Assembly: GCA_964016885.1 (NCBI GenBank)
Contig: OZ024744.1
Location: forward strand, 74,524,001-74,588,000
Source: Eledone cirrhosa
Lineage: Eukaryota
Direction of reading: 5' to 3'
Length of the DNA stretch: 64,000 nucleotides
The notes below the pieces were generated by a model, which worked only from the letters and a program-made list of their open reading frames with translations, searched no databases and had not been told where the DNA came from. Shown here piece after piece: positions 37,311 to 51,294 of this stretch. Each line of letters begins with the position of its first letter. Position 1 is the first letter of the stretch. The position numbers and the translations under genes were made by a program.

Positions 37311-38399
37311 TTGGGCTTAATTCTATATCAAGAATTCTTTGGACGATCCGAAATCTAAAAACCAACCTACTGCATTTACTTCTTTTTTCCTTTCACATTA
37401 ACAGAAACCCACTGGCCGTGGTACCCAAATCTTTTTAAGTTTAACGGAATGGCCATTTGTATCACTTATTTACAGAGATGTCGCCAGTTTAGGGTAGGCA
37501 TAGCAATCCCTAAATAGGCCTGCTTGGTCACTTCAACAGGACTTTGAACAGCATTATCCACGACTATTACACTGAAGTCACCAGTGTAGATATTTCCGGC
37601 TAACAGGTTTATTCATCTCAACCATTACCAATTATCTATCATCACTGTTAGCATTTTTCCTATTTTTTTTTCCATACAATATGCCACCGCTTATATTTCA
37701 GATGCTTGTGTAGTCTCGAGCAGACACAGACACCTTATGTTTCCACACATCCTTACATTAGCGGAACATCAAATTTCTGACCACAGGAGAAAAAGTGTTG
37801 CATCTATTTGATCCATTATTTCAAACAAGCAAGGTTTATTTAAAAACGACATTGTATTGAATAGTCATTGCATCGTCATATTGTATCTACATTTTATTTT
37901 TAGAATGTTTGTTTGCTGCAACCTGATGAATGTTGTTGCTTTTAGCTCGTGTTAAATTAGTAGTCATTAAGTTGGATTACTCGAAGTTAACCTCTATATC
38001 TCGAACTCATTCAACTATGTGTGTTTGTTTGTGTGTATTTGCGCGCTCGTGTGTGTTTGTGTGTTTGTGTGTGTGTGAGTGCGCGTGTATATGCACGCTC
38101 GTGTGTGTTTGTGAGTTTGTGTTTGTGTGTGTGTTTTTGTGTGTGCGCGTGTATGTGTGTGTGTGGTGTGTGTGTGTCTGTGTGTGTGTATGTGTGTGCT
38201 GGTGACATAAGTTGTACCGGTGTTATGAAGGGGTCTGACTTGAAGTCGGTCAACTAAAAAATGTTGGGGTGCAACGTACACTTTCAAAAATTTGACCAAT
38301 TACTTGACCAACTTGCCTGATATATGCCAGCTGACACTGCATGAACTGATGCTTGTTGAGGAAGGTTGTGTGAGGCAATATATATAATACGGCTGCTCC

Positions 38400-38950
38400 C
38401 TCAATCAGTTTCTCTAAAGAAAAGTACACTGATTGGTTTGATGAAAATAATCAGATGATACAGCAGATATGTCTAAGTAACATAAATACTATCAAGTTGT
38501 TGTAAACAGCCCACATACACGGCAGATATATTTGAGAACATTAAATACTATCAAGCTACAGACATGATTAACAGTAAGATTCCAGGTGACTCAAAGATTC
38601 AAACATCCTACTACAAAAGAAACTGTGGTTATTGAAATATAAATGGTAAGACCCACAAGGTGACTGAGATCCAGACACCTGCTGGTTTCCATTATGAGGG
38701 GGAGTTTATGTCCGTCTGAGAATGGTGGTAGAAACGAGATAGAACATGAATAAAGGGAACGTTGGTAAGACCATTTTAATGAACTATTCAACCAACCTTC
38801 AATAATTTCTCATGAGGCTCTGGAAAGTATCTAACAACTTCCAGAAAGAACCAGTTTAAATCTATCACTTAATATGGAGGAGCTGCTAACTGCAATCTGA
38901 GGGATAAAATCTGGAAAGAGAACTTCATGCCCTCGGACAGCATCCTGAGG
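38400..38950 (+). mobile_element. Old RTE-like LINE relic
   Basis: Hand translation gives DWFDENN (38431) and ERW*DHFNELFNQPS (~38757), typical of the RTE endonuclease-RT linker. Confidence 0.55.
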
Positions 38951-38964
38951 TGCTGAAAAGATAG

Positions 38965-39300
38965 ACAAGTAAAGTTTCTTGGTATCTAATTCGGTCCGGA
39001 TCTCTATGTAAATAGGATCCTTGTCAGTTTTCGAGCATTGTAACAAATCTCAACCAGAAATAAACTGAGAAGCTATCTCTGAACGATCAAATAAAGTTAC
39101 AAGTGCGTATATCACTTCCGCTATATGTTACTGCATGATCAATGACCAAATTGTTTCGTCTCCGCTTTCAATTTTTGTGGAAGGGACGACGCAATACACT
39201 GTCAATACCCTCTATATGTTTCCTTGACAAGTTTCCAGTCCTTGGTCAAGCGAAAACTAAGACATGCTGACTGATATCTGGAATCTTGTCGGGTATTAAG
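38965..39300 (+). mobile_element. Ancient Tx1 ORF2 relic
   Basis: Hand translation VKFLGI*FGPDL, KLSL, AYITSAICY, FLWKG match ORF2 motifs VKLLGVWFGPDL, AYIASVICY, FLWKG. Confidence 0.65.
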
Positions 39301-39699
39301 AACCGTTTATAAATTCCCCTGCGTCGCGTTTGCTCTGAAGATCACATCTAACTCAGATTCCAGATTGCATAAAATTAAAATGAAATAGTGAGACGGATAA
39401 AAAAACAACATTGCCAAAGTTGCCATATTTGCTTCTTTCCAACGTTACCATCTCTTTAAACCATAGTAGAGATTCTGTGTGATACTCCCTAGATCAAAGA
39501 CATACAAAGATTCAGTTTGCTTATTGTTATTGAACGAACAGTGTCTATGCATACATACACATATACATATATACACACTTGCATATGTATATATACACAT
39601 ATGCACATACACATAAACACATATATATATATATATTTATCTATCTGGGTGTATGATTGTATATGTACACATATGTACATACATATGCACGCATATGTA

Positions 39700-39800
39700 G
39701 AGGATTTCCAAAAAAAGTGTATACAAAAAGGCTGTGGATTCTAAGAAATTATGCCTGTACAGGTAATCAAAGTGTGTATATCCTTTTGAGAGACACCCTG
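39700..39800. mobile_element. Small Tc1/mariner-type MITE, decayed
   Basis: Right end GAGACACCCTG-TA; subterminal AAAAGTGTATACA / TGTATATCCTTTT; related to 42203-42278. Confidence 0.45.
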
Positions 39801-39812
39801 TATATAAATATA

Positions 39813-39922
<110 letters not shown>

Positions 39923-39923
39923 A

Positions 39924-41171
39924 CAGGGTGCGGACGGTATTTGAGGACAGATTAATGGTTTAACAAAACGCTTATATAACAGAAAAAACTGTATTCTTAT
40001 AAAAATAACATAAACATAAAGCTAAATTATCAATTTAATAATTTAATTCAATAAAACCACCATAAGCATCAATAACTACCTCTACACGGGGTCGAAGTCG
40101 TTTGCAAACTCGCATTAAATGGTCCTTGTTCATATCGAACATGACTCGATTTATGGCGGCTTTCAAATAATCTTTGAGGCTATGGGGGTGTTCAGTGACA
40201 TTTTCGTCAACGATGCTCCATACATAGTAGTCCAGTGGATTGAGATCTGAAGAATTAGGAAGCCAAATGTTGTGGGTTACGTGACCATGCAAATTGTGAG
40301 CCATCCATTCTTGTGCCATTTGAGCCTTGTGTGATGGTGCAGATCTTGTTAAAAGACATAAGGCCTTCCATTGCATGCACTGTTGACCCAAGGCTTAACA
40401 ACTTTTTCCAGAACCTCAATATACACAGCAGCATTCATCCTAAGGCCTTGTAGAAAAAGTGAGGAGGCATGACATGTCCTTCATTGCGTACAATACCCCA
40501 AATCATGACACTTGCAGGAAATGTTGTGTACATTACTCTTGGAGCCTCAGAAGGGTCTGCACATAGACACCTGTCATTACTTCTGTTAGTTTTCTGGTCC
40601 TGGTCAAAATTTTTCTCATCTGAGAAAAACCAAATCAGATTATCTTCTGATGGATTTTTAAGTTTGTTTAAAAGTCTTTAGGATCTGATTAAACGCTTTT
40701 CTTTTGTTTTTTCTGACATGAATTGACCTTTCTTCATCACGTAACATTTATAACTGATGTCTTCATGCACAACATTTCTGATTGTTGTTTCTGACACACC
40801 AACATTTTCAATTGACCTAATTGATTTTCTTGGATTGTCATCAATGTTTTGCTTAACTTCCTGAATAAATTCAGGTGTCCTGATAGAATCAGGGCGTTTG
40901 GAATGTTTTTTACGTTTTGATACAGGTAACACGCTTCCATCTTTCTCTAACTCTCACGTAATCTTGTGGACAAAAGGTCTTGCAACTTTCAGAAATCGAG
41001 AAATTTCTAAATCACCATGCTTAGCCTTTAAAGCCACAAAAACAGCATGCCTTTTAGTTTCATTAGTAAGCATAGTTATTTTCATTGTTATTTTCTGAAA
41101 TGGAAGATCAATAAAAATTAGTCAAATAAAATGACTAAAAATACATGTCCTCAAATACCGTCGGCACCCTG
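39924..41171 (-). mobile_element. Tc1/mariner DNA transposon (DD37D/maT-like), 1248 bp, defective
   Basis: 26-bp TIRs CAGGGTGC(G/C)GACGGTATTTGAGGACA with one mismatch; TA flanks within (TA)n. Confidence 0.92.
40035..41073 (-). pseudogene. Transposase pseudogene
   Basis: RTPEFIQEVK..NPRKSIR HTH region, FSDEK, SAPSH, WLPNSSDLNPLDYYVWS; several frameshifts. Confidence 0.85.
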
Positions 41172-41208
41172 TATATATATATACACACACACTCACCTAC
41201 ACTCACCT

Positions 41209-41330
<122 letters not shown>

Positions 41331-42202
41331 GTGTGTGTGTATGTGAGTCTATATGTCTCTATGTGTATGTGCGTGTGTATGTCCGCATGTATTTGTATGT
41401 GCTTGTGTGTTTGTGGTATGTATATACTCAGAGGTGGGTGTGATGTGGTTTACAGAAAATAATATAATACCGACTTTTCGAAAACAGTATACACTTTACT
41501 TACTGGAGACATTTGTAACTGTAAAAACCGATTTTTGAATGATAAAGTAAAACAAAATAAGGAAGTAAATAAATAAATAAATAAATAAATAGATAAATAA
41601 ATGAATAATATTAAAGAATATTATTGATTATGAAATATAAGTCTTGCGGGAGAAGATGGGTGAACAACTTTGATAATAGAAAATATTGCTTTTGTGAATA
41701 TATTATGGTATAACCTTTCAAGTTCATAGTAACGATACACATCTTTGACATTTTGTTGTTGTTTATACTTCTAATTTTACTTCTTAATTTCATTTTAAAA
41801 GGCCTACCGCATAAGACGTCATATTGGGGAACATTATCTTCATAAAATCAGTAAATGCTGGAGAAAGAAAGACCAAGAATAAATTTAATTAGGCAATAAG
41901 GCTGTAGAAAAAAAAAAGAATTATCTCATTAATATACCTTAAAGTCACTAATCTTTATAGATTAATAATATGTTACTGCTATTACCGTGCAACATGGAGA
42001 TAATGGATTAAGAACAAATAGTGTAAGGCTTCACAAACATAAATGATATGTAGATACGAAAACGTGAATGAAACTTTGACAAATATGATCATAGTACTCC
42101 AAAAGACCCTCGCAGGAAAATAAAATTAAGTAAACAAAGTAAAGAAAATAAGCACTCTTACATACATTTGCGTTTATGTATATATTTATGCATGCATATA
42201 TA

Positions 42203-42398
<196 letters not shown>

Positions 42399-43843
42399 AG
42401 TAAGTGCCGTACTAAGAGTGAGAAATGAAATTTCGTTTCATTCTCTTCCATTTATATATATATATATATATTATTATTATTATTGTTATAAAACCATATG
42501 TATATATATATATATATATAAATATACACACAAATTTATGTGTGTGTGTGTGTATGCATGTATTGGATGGGTGTATCAATATAATGAGGTTGATTTGATT
42601 TTAATTTTTATTTTATTTAACTAAGTAATTGCATTAGACTGTGTGTGTTTAGTTGTTGGGTAAGGTTGAGTAAAGAGAGGTTGTATACATTATATCATAC
42701 CAGTGACACTGCATGAACTAAGATCGCTGGTGAAGGGTCCCTGGTACGTTGGGTTTTACTTTTGTGGTTTTTATGTTGATATAAATATTATATAACTGGC
42801 TATTTGTGTTTTATATAGTAGGATTTAGGCTAGTCTGGGCTACTACATTTTTTTTGGGGGGGGGGGGGGGTACTTTTGTATAAGAAAAAAATTATATATA
42901 TATATAGTATATCATTTCTATGATAGTATGTGAACTAATATCTTTGTTGAAAGAACTTTTTTACGAAGGGATTTATTACCGGATATTGAACTCAATTGTG
43001 GCCTGATGATGTTCGTTTCTTTTGGTACCAGTATAATAGGTTGGTTTTAAAATGAATTTGAATTTTTATTCCGCTGGGTAATGTATTTTGTGTTTTGTAG
43101 GCTACATTTGGTTCGTATTTAGCTGTTGGGTTGTCTAGGGTGGCCACTGAAAGACTGAATGGTATAAAACAAAAATGACTTATACAAACACATAATTTCG
43201 AATAATTGTTATCTCATGCATGAGTTGAACCATCGCCTATGTTGGCAAGAAAGACCGTTTGGTATTTATGGTGAAGAATCAATGCCGGATTTACTATTGT
43301 GCTTAGATGTGCTTAAGCACAGGGCCCTTGTTTTATACTGTCAGAGCTATTTAACATTATTTATATATTAATGTGAATTTATTGTTATTATTGAGATTAC
43401 CATTTTAGTCATTTGACCTTGTTTGATTTTCCATATGTATTTTACATTTGTACTGCACACGCAACCACCTTTGTAGTTACCTTTGTATACACCAAAGTAA
43501 TTAACGTTGTTATCTTAGTTGTTAACGTAGTTATCGCAATAATTATATTAGTAGTTACCTTTATAATTATTTGAGTATGTAAATAACTTAGCAGTTCTTT
43601 GCTAGGACATCAAAATAATGATCAATGACGAATATCAAATATCAAATACTTCAGAACATTTCAGCTGAGATATATATGAGGAAATAAATAGGATCAAATG
43701 ACAAACGGAGAAAAGCAAACAAAAAACGATTGGTTAATGATAAATACTTTCATAAGATTTATTATATCGCAAATGTCAATCAACTACACGATGTAAACAT
43801 CTACCCACGCTGACCGAAGAATTTCTCACGGCAGATTCTAGAC

Positions 43844-44125
43844 CAGACATGGGCAACCTTTTTCGAGAAGCATGAGATATGGCTAATCATCAGGCGAGCC
43901 GCAAGCGCTATTTTACATTCGTGCTCACATTAAAAACAGGTGATAACTCAGGTTGTTTTGATTTGTTTCTTCAGAATTCGTACACGTTGTTTTCCTCGAT
44001 CGTAAAAATGATGGAAGCATAAATTACGACTGAAAAGTTGAGGCAAAAAAATCAGAAAGATTTCCCTTAGGTGACTTAGGCGAGCCTTTCAGAAAGGTTC
44101 GCGGGCTGCAGGTTGCCCACGTCTA
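43844..44125. mobile_element. hAT-type MITE
   Basis: TIRs CAGACATGGGCAACCT / AGGTTGCCCACGTCTA; TCTAGAC on both flanks (NTCTAGAN-like hAT target). Confidence 0.65.
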
Positions 44126-44337
44126 GAATCTAGACTTTTGAACATTGAAAACTATATGAGGCAGCTCTGATCTACGCAGATTTCTTTCCATGCATGTTTT
44201 CGTAGTTTGGCCTTGTGAAAATTAAATTATATTTTCATTTACTGCGTGTTTTATTATACACTTTTTTAAAATTATTATACGAGATTATTTGTGTTTTTCT
44301 TCATAAATTGTAAAACCTGTTCCTTCATTTTTATATA

Positions 44338-44662
44338 CAGTTTCCCGGTATTCGTGGGGATTACATTCCTAGACCATCCGCGAAGAGTGAGAAACCACGA
44401 ATATTGAACATGGTCCATAAAAATGACTATAAAATTCAAAACATAACGTAAAATATATGCCGGCAAATACGGTATATTGTTATTAATAATTTAGCGTTAA
44501 AACGCGTGAATATATATATATATTGCCACGAAAAAAGTCATTAAAAAATCGTGGAAGATATTTATGTTCCGCGAATATGCAGTGGTTTCTACGAATAATT
44601 ATTAGTTAAGTTCTAAGGAAAATTCCGCCAATAACATGGACCGCGAATGCCGGGGTTCACTG
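44338..44662. mobile_element. Tigger/pogo-like MITE
   Basis: TA-CAGTTTCCCGGTATTCGTGG ... CCGCGAATGCCGGGGTTCACTG. Confidence 0.55.
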
Positions 44663-44784
44663 TGATTTGGTTGTCCCACACAACACGAATTTGTAAAATT
44701 TGTAAATCCCATTTTAAAGTATCATGAAATTATATGTATGAATAAACTTAAGTGGTGAAATAAATAAAGAATTATTTCTTTTTA

Positions 44785-45212
44785 GGATGGCGGATTGGCA
44801 GAGTCTTTAGAGCGTCGGGCAAATGCTATGTAGCATTTGTATTAGCTCTTTAGTTTCTGAGTTCGAATCCTACCGAGGTCAATTTCAAATTCAACCTTAT
44901 GGAAACGATAAAATAAAATACCATTCAAATTCTAGATAACATAAAATCGACTTGCAGCCCACAAATTGACGGTATTGTTGGTTTTGTTGTTATTGTTATT
45001 GAAGTTGTAATAGTAGTAGTTGTGGTGGTTGTTGTTGTTGTTGTTATTATTATTGTTATTATTACAATTATTTGAGTTCAAATCCCGCCGAGGTTAACTT
45101 TGCCTTTCATCCTTATGGGGTCGATAAAATAAAGTACCAGTCACGCACTGAGGTCGATTTAATCGACTTTCCCCTCCCCCCAAATTACTGGCCTTGTGCC
45201 TATATAAGAAAC

Positions 45213-45213
<1 letters not shown>
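44785..45213 (+). mobile_element. Two SINE copies (decayed ~44785-44980; 5'-truncated 45071-45213) whose (ATT)n tail precedes the second LINE array
   Basis: A-box-like TGGCAGAGTC, B-box GAGTTCGAATCC / GAGTTCAAATCC, 3' GGCCTTGTGCCTATATAAGAAACC-(ATT)12. Confidence 0.8.
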
Positions 45214-45249
<36 letters not shown>

Positions 45250-48200
45250 GAATGCTATGGTTGACGGAAGCTCGGCTCTGTAAGGTACTGTAAATTTTGA
45301 ACGCTATAACAATTGTAAATGGTTTAAAACTTTAACCAACTTGTAGACAAAAACACCCTCCTCCTCGTGAGAGGGGTCTTTCTGCCCGTTATTTGGCCCT
45401 TCGGGGTTAAATAACTGTTTATTGGGGTTTTGTACCCAATATTTATTTTAAACAAAAAAACAACATGGCTACGAAAAAGAATTTTCATAGGTCACTCCCA
45501 CTCATTCCGTCTTCCTCTTCCTCAATTGTCACTACAGCAGAGAGAGGATTGTCTCTCTCCCTCCCTTCTTTAAATGTGTCTCTCTCCCTCCCGTCTCTTT
45601 CGCAAGCGACGACAGAAAAGAAAAGTTTCGTGCAAAGCGTGCAAGATTTCTCCACGACGACGACGACAACGACGAAACAGGTGTGCGGGAAATACGAAAA
45701 CCAATTTCATTCGTCTGACGTCAGGAATAATAGTAGTAGCAGCTGTAATAACAACAGCAACAGTGACAATGAAAACAACAGTAGCAGCCGCAACAGCATC
45801 ATCAGCAGCATAAACAACAACAGCATTAGCAGCAGCAACAACAACAACAACCACAGCAACAGCGGTGGCGGCAGTAGTCGTAGTACCTGCAGCAACAACA
45901 AAATTAACAGCAGCTCTGACGACAACAACAACAACAGCAGCAAAGAAAAACCAATCTCGTTTGCAGGTATCGCGAAGAACCTGGAAACAATCCTCATAAC
46001 AAATGAGAAATTAGAGGAAGCGAAGAAGATGGTGACAAAAACTGGACACCGAGCAATCTGCAAAGCAGCGGACAAATTTTTTGAAAGCCAACAGCACTGT
46101 ACAGTCACGTACCGTACAGTAACTACAAAATCCCGTAGGGTTGAAAGAGCCACAGAGGCTCAAATACAAAAAGCCTTGGGGTCTGTGTGGCAGCGGAAAA
46201 CGCACATCACCCGAGGCAAGAAATATGCCACCGTAGACGTACTTTTTGCCATACCCCAGGAGGCAAAGGTTCAATCCTTAGTGACCCTAAGGAGCGAGGA
46301 AATGGTGTTGGTGCCCTCCTACTGCGGGCAAAAAATTGTAAGTGTCAAACTGACCCACGTCCGGGATGGCCCCTTCTTGGCTGGCCGCGTCTGTCCTCGT
46401 CAGAATCGAGGACAAAACAACTGTACTGCAAGTACAGAAAAAAGTAAGAGAAGATTGGGTCGGCACCTCCATTGAGATGTTAATCCAAACCAACCAGGAG
46501 TGCATCGAAGCTATCCCGGATGTGATAGACTACGATAACGGCACTCAACTGCCCATAAGTGTTGAGGGCAAACGCCCGAAATGCTTTTGCTGTGGATCGA
46601 AGACTCACCTCAGGGCCTTCTGCAACGAGAAGACCCTGAGAAAGGAGAAAACCCCCCTTCCTTCCGAAACCGGATCAACGGCTACCAGCAACAGGACAAG
46701 CGGCAACCAGGAACGATAGGTCCGTGGCACCCATGCCCACGCCACGGAAATCAAAAACAGCAGCAGCAGTGGAAATATTAACAACAACAACAGCAATACC
46801 AAATGCAGCTGCAACAGAGACTCCAGTGCAAACATCACCAACAACAACAAGTAAAAGAGTGGAGCTGGTACCCCTCCCCGACCTCACAGAATCGGACATG
46901 GAGTGTGAGGTGGGAGAGGGATGGCAAAAGGTCGTAAGAAGGTACAAACGCAGAAGCAGCGCATCGTCGCCTTCGAAAAGGGAGGAAAGAAATGAAAAAA
47001 GGGTAAAGTCTACTGCAAAGCGACTCACAGCAGCAACACCACCAACACCATCACCACCCACACTAGTACCACCATCACCACCGGCGACAACCCCACCGCC
47101 AACAACACCTTCAAAACCACCACCACAAGCACCAACATCGCAAACACAACAACAAAACACACACACCCAGCAACAACGACAAGAAAATAGCAGAACCACA
47201 CCCCACCCCCAGAAAAACAAATGCACGGCAATAAATACACACAACAAGAAACTAATGACTTACATAATTGAACACACAGACATTTCACAACAGGACTACA
47301 TAATACCAGCACCAATCAAAACGCCAACTAACATAAGACTGCTAAAAATAGCACAGAAACAATACACAAACATAAAAACGAAATTCCCCAACGCAGTTGG
47401 TGTTTTCAGACACCTAGGAGGGACTATCAACCGAAGAGTATATTCGGACATACTCATAGAAGAGCCGACGACCAGCCGAAGGGACGATTCAACGGTCCCT
47501 TCACCAGACGATCAAGTGAAAAGGGATGGAAAAACCATCGCTCCTCTACGAAAAGTACGGTAAGTGGTCTTTCGCATCTTTTCCACTCTATTTTAAACAT
47601 GAACTCACTCAGAATAGGCAGCATAAATGCGCGTGGCTTGGGGTCGTCATGGAAGCAGGGTCACCTGCTCAACGACCTCAGGTCACTAAACATAGATGTA
47701 GTGGCCATCAGCGAGACCAGAATCTCCGAAGCACGGGCCTTCACACCGATCTTCGGCGGCTACGATGTGTACGCATCTCCAAGCCGTCCTGGATCGGGGG
47801 GAGGAATTGCTGTGCTTTTTCGGAGAGGTTTGGATCTCTCTATACGGGCCATCTTCCTGGACCCAGAGGGTAAGTTGTTGGTGCTGGACGTGACCAGCGG
47901 AGACGGGCAAGCTTTCAGGCTAGTGGCCGTCTATGCCCCGACAGGAGCAGGGCGGCCTAATTTCTTCCGGCGTCTGGAGACCTTTCTTGGAACGTCCCGC
48001 TCTTTAGTGTTAGTGGGCGACTGGAACGGGATCTTAGATGCACGCTGGGACTGTGTGGGATTAGCGGATAGGGGTGGAGGGTGCAAGAGCCTCACCAACC
48101 TGCTCAGGCGTTTTGAACTGTCTGACAGGTACCGATTGGATTTCCCGAATGTGCCAATGTGGACTTGGACAAATCGTATCGGGTCATCCAGATCATATCT

Positions 48201-51200
48201 AGATAGAGTATTTTGTAGGGAAATAGATAGGTCTAGCTTAGGCTGTCCACAATTCAAGATAGTCAGCTACACGGACCACAAATTCGTGATCTGTGTGCTT
48301 GACTTAGATAGGTTTCATAGACGAAGACCCGGCTACTGGAAGCTAAACGCGTCCTTACCAGCGCGCAAGCCCTACAGAGACCGGATTAGCGAACTAGTTA
48401 AGCGGGCGTTGACGGGGGCCATCGTCAACAACAAGTGGTGGTTTGCTCTGAAAAGAGCGATTAGAATAGAATCGAATAGGTTTAGTAAGGCTTTAGCAAT
48501 AGAGAAAAATAGAGCAGAGGGAGAACTAGTTAGAATATTAGACGAGGCGCTTAGCAAAGGCACTGCGACCGACGTACTTGCGGCGAAATTAGCCCTTGAC
48601 CAATTCTTCAATGCAAAGCATGAAGGCTGCGTTGTCAGAGCAAGGGTGCGTGCTCTCAGACACGAGAGGACGAAAGCCGTTCAATGGGCCCAAGTGGCGG
48701 AGGCGCGTCGTGGAAACAAAGCCACGATCCGGTCTTTGGTGGACCACGACGGGCGCATGCTACTCGATCCCGGGCAAATGTGTGAAGCTTTTCAGCGACA
48801 CTTCGCTCAGCTGTTCGGGGGCAACGGTGGGCCGGGTCGAGGGATGGACTTTAGTGTCTACCTCGACGGACTGCCGCGGCTCTCGGCCACTGAGGTGACG
48901 TGTTGCGAAAAGCCGATAACAGCCGCTGAAGTAAGGGAGGCAATGACTGGTTTCACAAGGTGTAAATCGCCTGGTTTGGATGGTCTGCCCTATGAACTTT
49001 ACGTACAGATGCCAGACTTGTTCGGAGGCCTCTTGGCGGACGTCTACTGCAACTGGCAACAGAACGGGAGAATTCCCAGTTCTGTGAGCCGAGGAGCGGT
49101 GGCACTGCTGAGAAAGGATCCGAACAACGGGGATAACATAGATAATTTCCGGCCCATAACTCTGCTAAACAAAGAGTTCAAGATTTTGGCCAAGTTTCTA
49201 GCAAAGAGGTTGGCGCTTGTCGTTGGTGGTCTGGTGGGAGAGGCGCAGACATGCGCCATTCCTGACAGATCCATCCACGACAACCTCCACCTCATACGAT
49301 ACATCGTAGAGAGGGTAGCTAGGGAACCTGGCACGGGTGGGTCCTTGATCAATTTAGATCAGTCGAAATCTTTCGATAGGGTTGACCATCGTTACCTAGC
49401 GGCAGTCCTGAGGGCGGCTGGCTTTGGACCCGTCTTCAGAGGCTGGATCGCTTCCATGCACAGCGACATCTGCTCTGTTGTGAGAGTGAACGGTCACCTG
49501 TCGGAACCGTTCAACATCATGCGCTCGGTCCGCCAAGGATGTTCCCTCTCGTCCCTCATGTACGTATTGACTCTCGAGCCATTACTGCACAAACTGGAGA
49601 CGTTGAGGGGCGTCCCGCGCGAACTAGGATGCGGAAGATCTGTGTCAGCATATGCGGACGATGTCACCGTAGTGGTGTCGAACGCCAAACACATCGAGGC
49701 GATCGGCACTACACTAAGAGAATACGAAGCGGTGACAGGAGCAATGATCAACCAGGAAAAGTCAGTGGGCCTGCAGCTCGGCACCTGGAGAGGCAGGTCC
49801 ATGCCGTCCAACAGCGCAGTCGGACGCTGGACGGACGTACGGTTAAATTGCTAGGGGTCTGGTTCGGTCCGGACCTCCAGACGGACAAAAACTGGGACGA
49901 GGTGACGAGCAGGGTGGCTTCTCTCACCCAGAAATGGGCGGAGAGGAAGCTATCCCTGAAAGGTCGAGCGGAGGTGGCTAACGCGTACATCGCGTCTGTC
50001 ATCTGCTACCGCCTGACCGTCGTACCATGTCCTAAGCCTCGCCTGACTGCGCTGGAGCGTTTGCTCTTTCGCTTTTTGTGGAAGGGACGCGCTCCGATGG
50101 TCAGGCGGTCCATCTGTTGTCAACTCCCGCTACGTGGAGGGCTGGGCATGCCGTGGCTGATGATGCGCAGGCACGCGCTCAGGCTACGACATCTCCACCT
50201 CTTCCTAGACGGTGATCAGGTGTGGTCGTCGTTTGCTAGACACGTATTTCCCCAGCTCGTTTCCTTGACGGAGCTGCAGTCCTGGGTCAAGCGAAGACCG
50301 AGAGGGAGCGCCTGGAGACTGGAATGTCTTCAGGCGCTCACAGCCCTCGACCAATCAGGCAATGTGATCGGTGGAAACTCCATCTCGGCGTTCTATAGAG
50401 GATTAGTGGAGGGGAAGAGCGACGACGTACTTGGGGAAACTCTAGGCGTCGACGAAAATCAACAAGCCATTCTCTTCGGAAGAACTTTCGGGCCAAGGCC
50501 GATGGACAACTTCCAGAAATCTCTGGCCTGGCAGTGCTACCGAGGAGCCTTGCCAGTTCGGGATAAACTCCACAGGCAAGGAGGTGCCGTCAGCCGGGCA
50601 TGTCCGAGATGCGCGCAGGGCGACGTAACCGTCCTGCACGCACTCGTCCAGTGTCCGAAAATTGCTGACTTGTGAGTTTATGTCGAACACCTGCTGTCGC
50701 GTGTAGGACGGATCCGGCTATCATCTGAGTCCATCGTGAGGATTGCCCCGCCCTCCTCCTTTAGCCGGGAAGGGCAGGCAGTTTTTATCTGTCTGGTGGC
50801 CATGGGGAAAGTGATAGTATGGTGGACACGTTTGAAAGGGCCGAAGACGAGCACTTACCTCTTCGGTGATGCTCTGATTGACTTTTTCAAATTTCATTTG
50901 AAAAGGAAAATCAGAGTAGAGAGGGAAGTGCTCTCTTCCCAGCATTTTGTTGAAAGATGGGTGAGAGAAGCAAGAATGGCCCGAGTGAATGGGCCTACTC
51001 TGAGTATATATCTGTAAATTAAAAGTGGAAAACTGGGAGAGGTCACTTGCCTTGGTTGTCAGGGTAATTGTGGCCTTTTACTGGGCTTTCTCCACAAATG
51101 TCCCTCCGAAGTCTCCCCCCTATTGGGGAATTTTTCATTGTTATCTTTTGTTACATCCTCTGTTTTTCTTCTTTACACGCAGAAATGCCCATTTGTACCG

Positions 51201-51267
51201 TCCTGTATTGTCCTGCACTGTCCTTAATGTCTACTTTATGTAAACCCTTGTGGTTAATAAAGAAATC
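45250..51267 (+). mobile_element. Full-length Tx1 copy 6, both ORFs disrupted
   Basis: GAATGC start after (ATT)n 45214-45249; ORF1 45465-47563 frameshifted twice; 3' AATAAAGAAATC-(ATT)n. Confidence 0.94.
47599..51017 (+). pseudogene. Tx1 ORF2 with frameshift (~49838) and TGA stop (50673-50675)
   Basis: ORF pieces 47599-49854, 49539-50675, 50736-51017. Confidence 0.9.
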
Positions 51268-51294
51268 ATTATTATTATTATTGTTATTGTTATT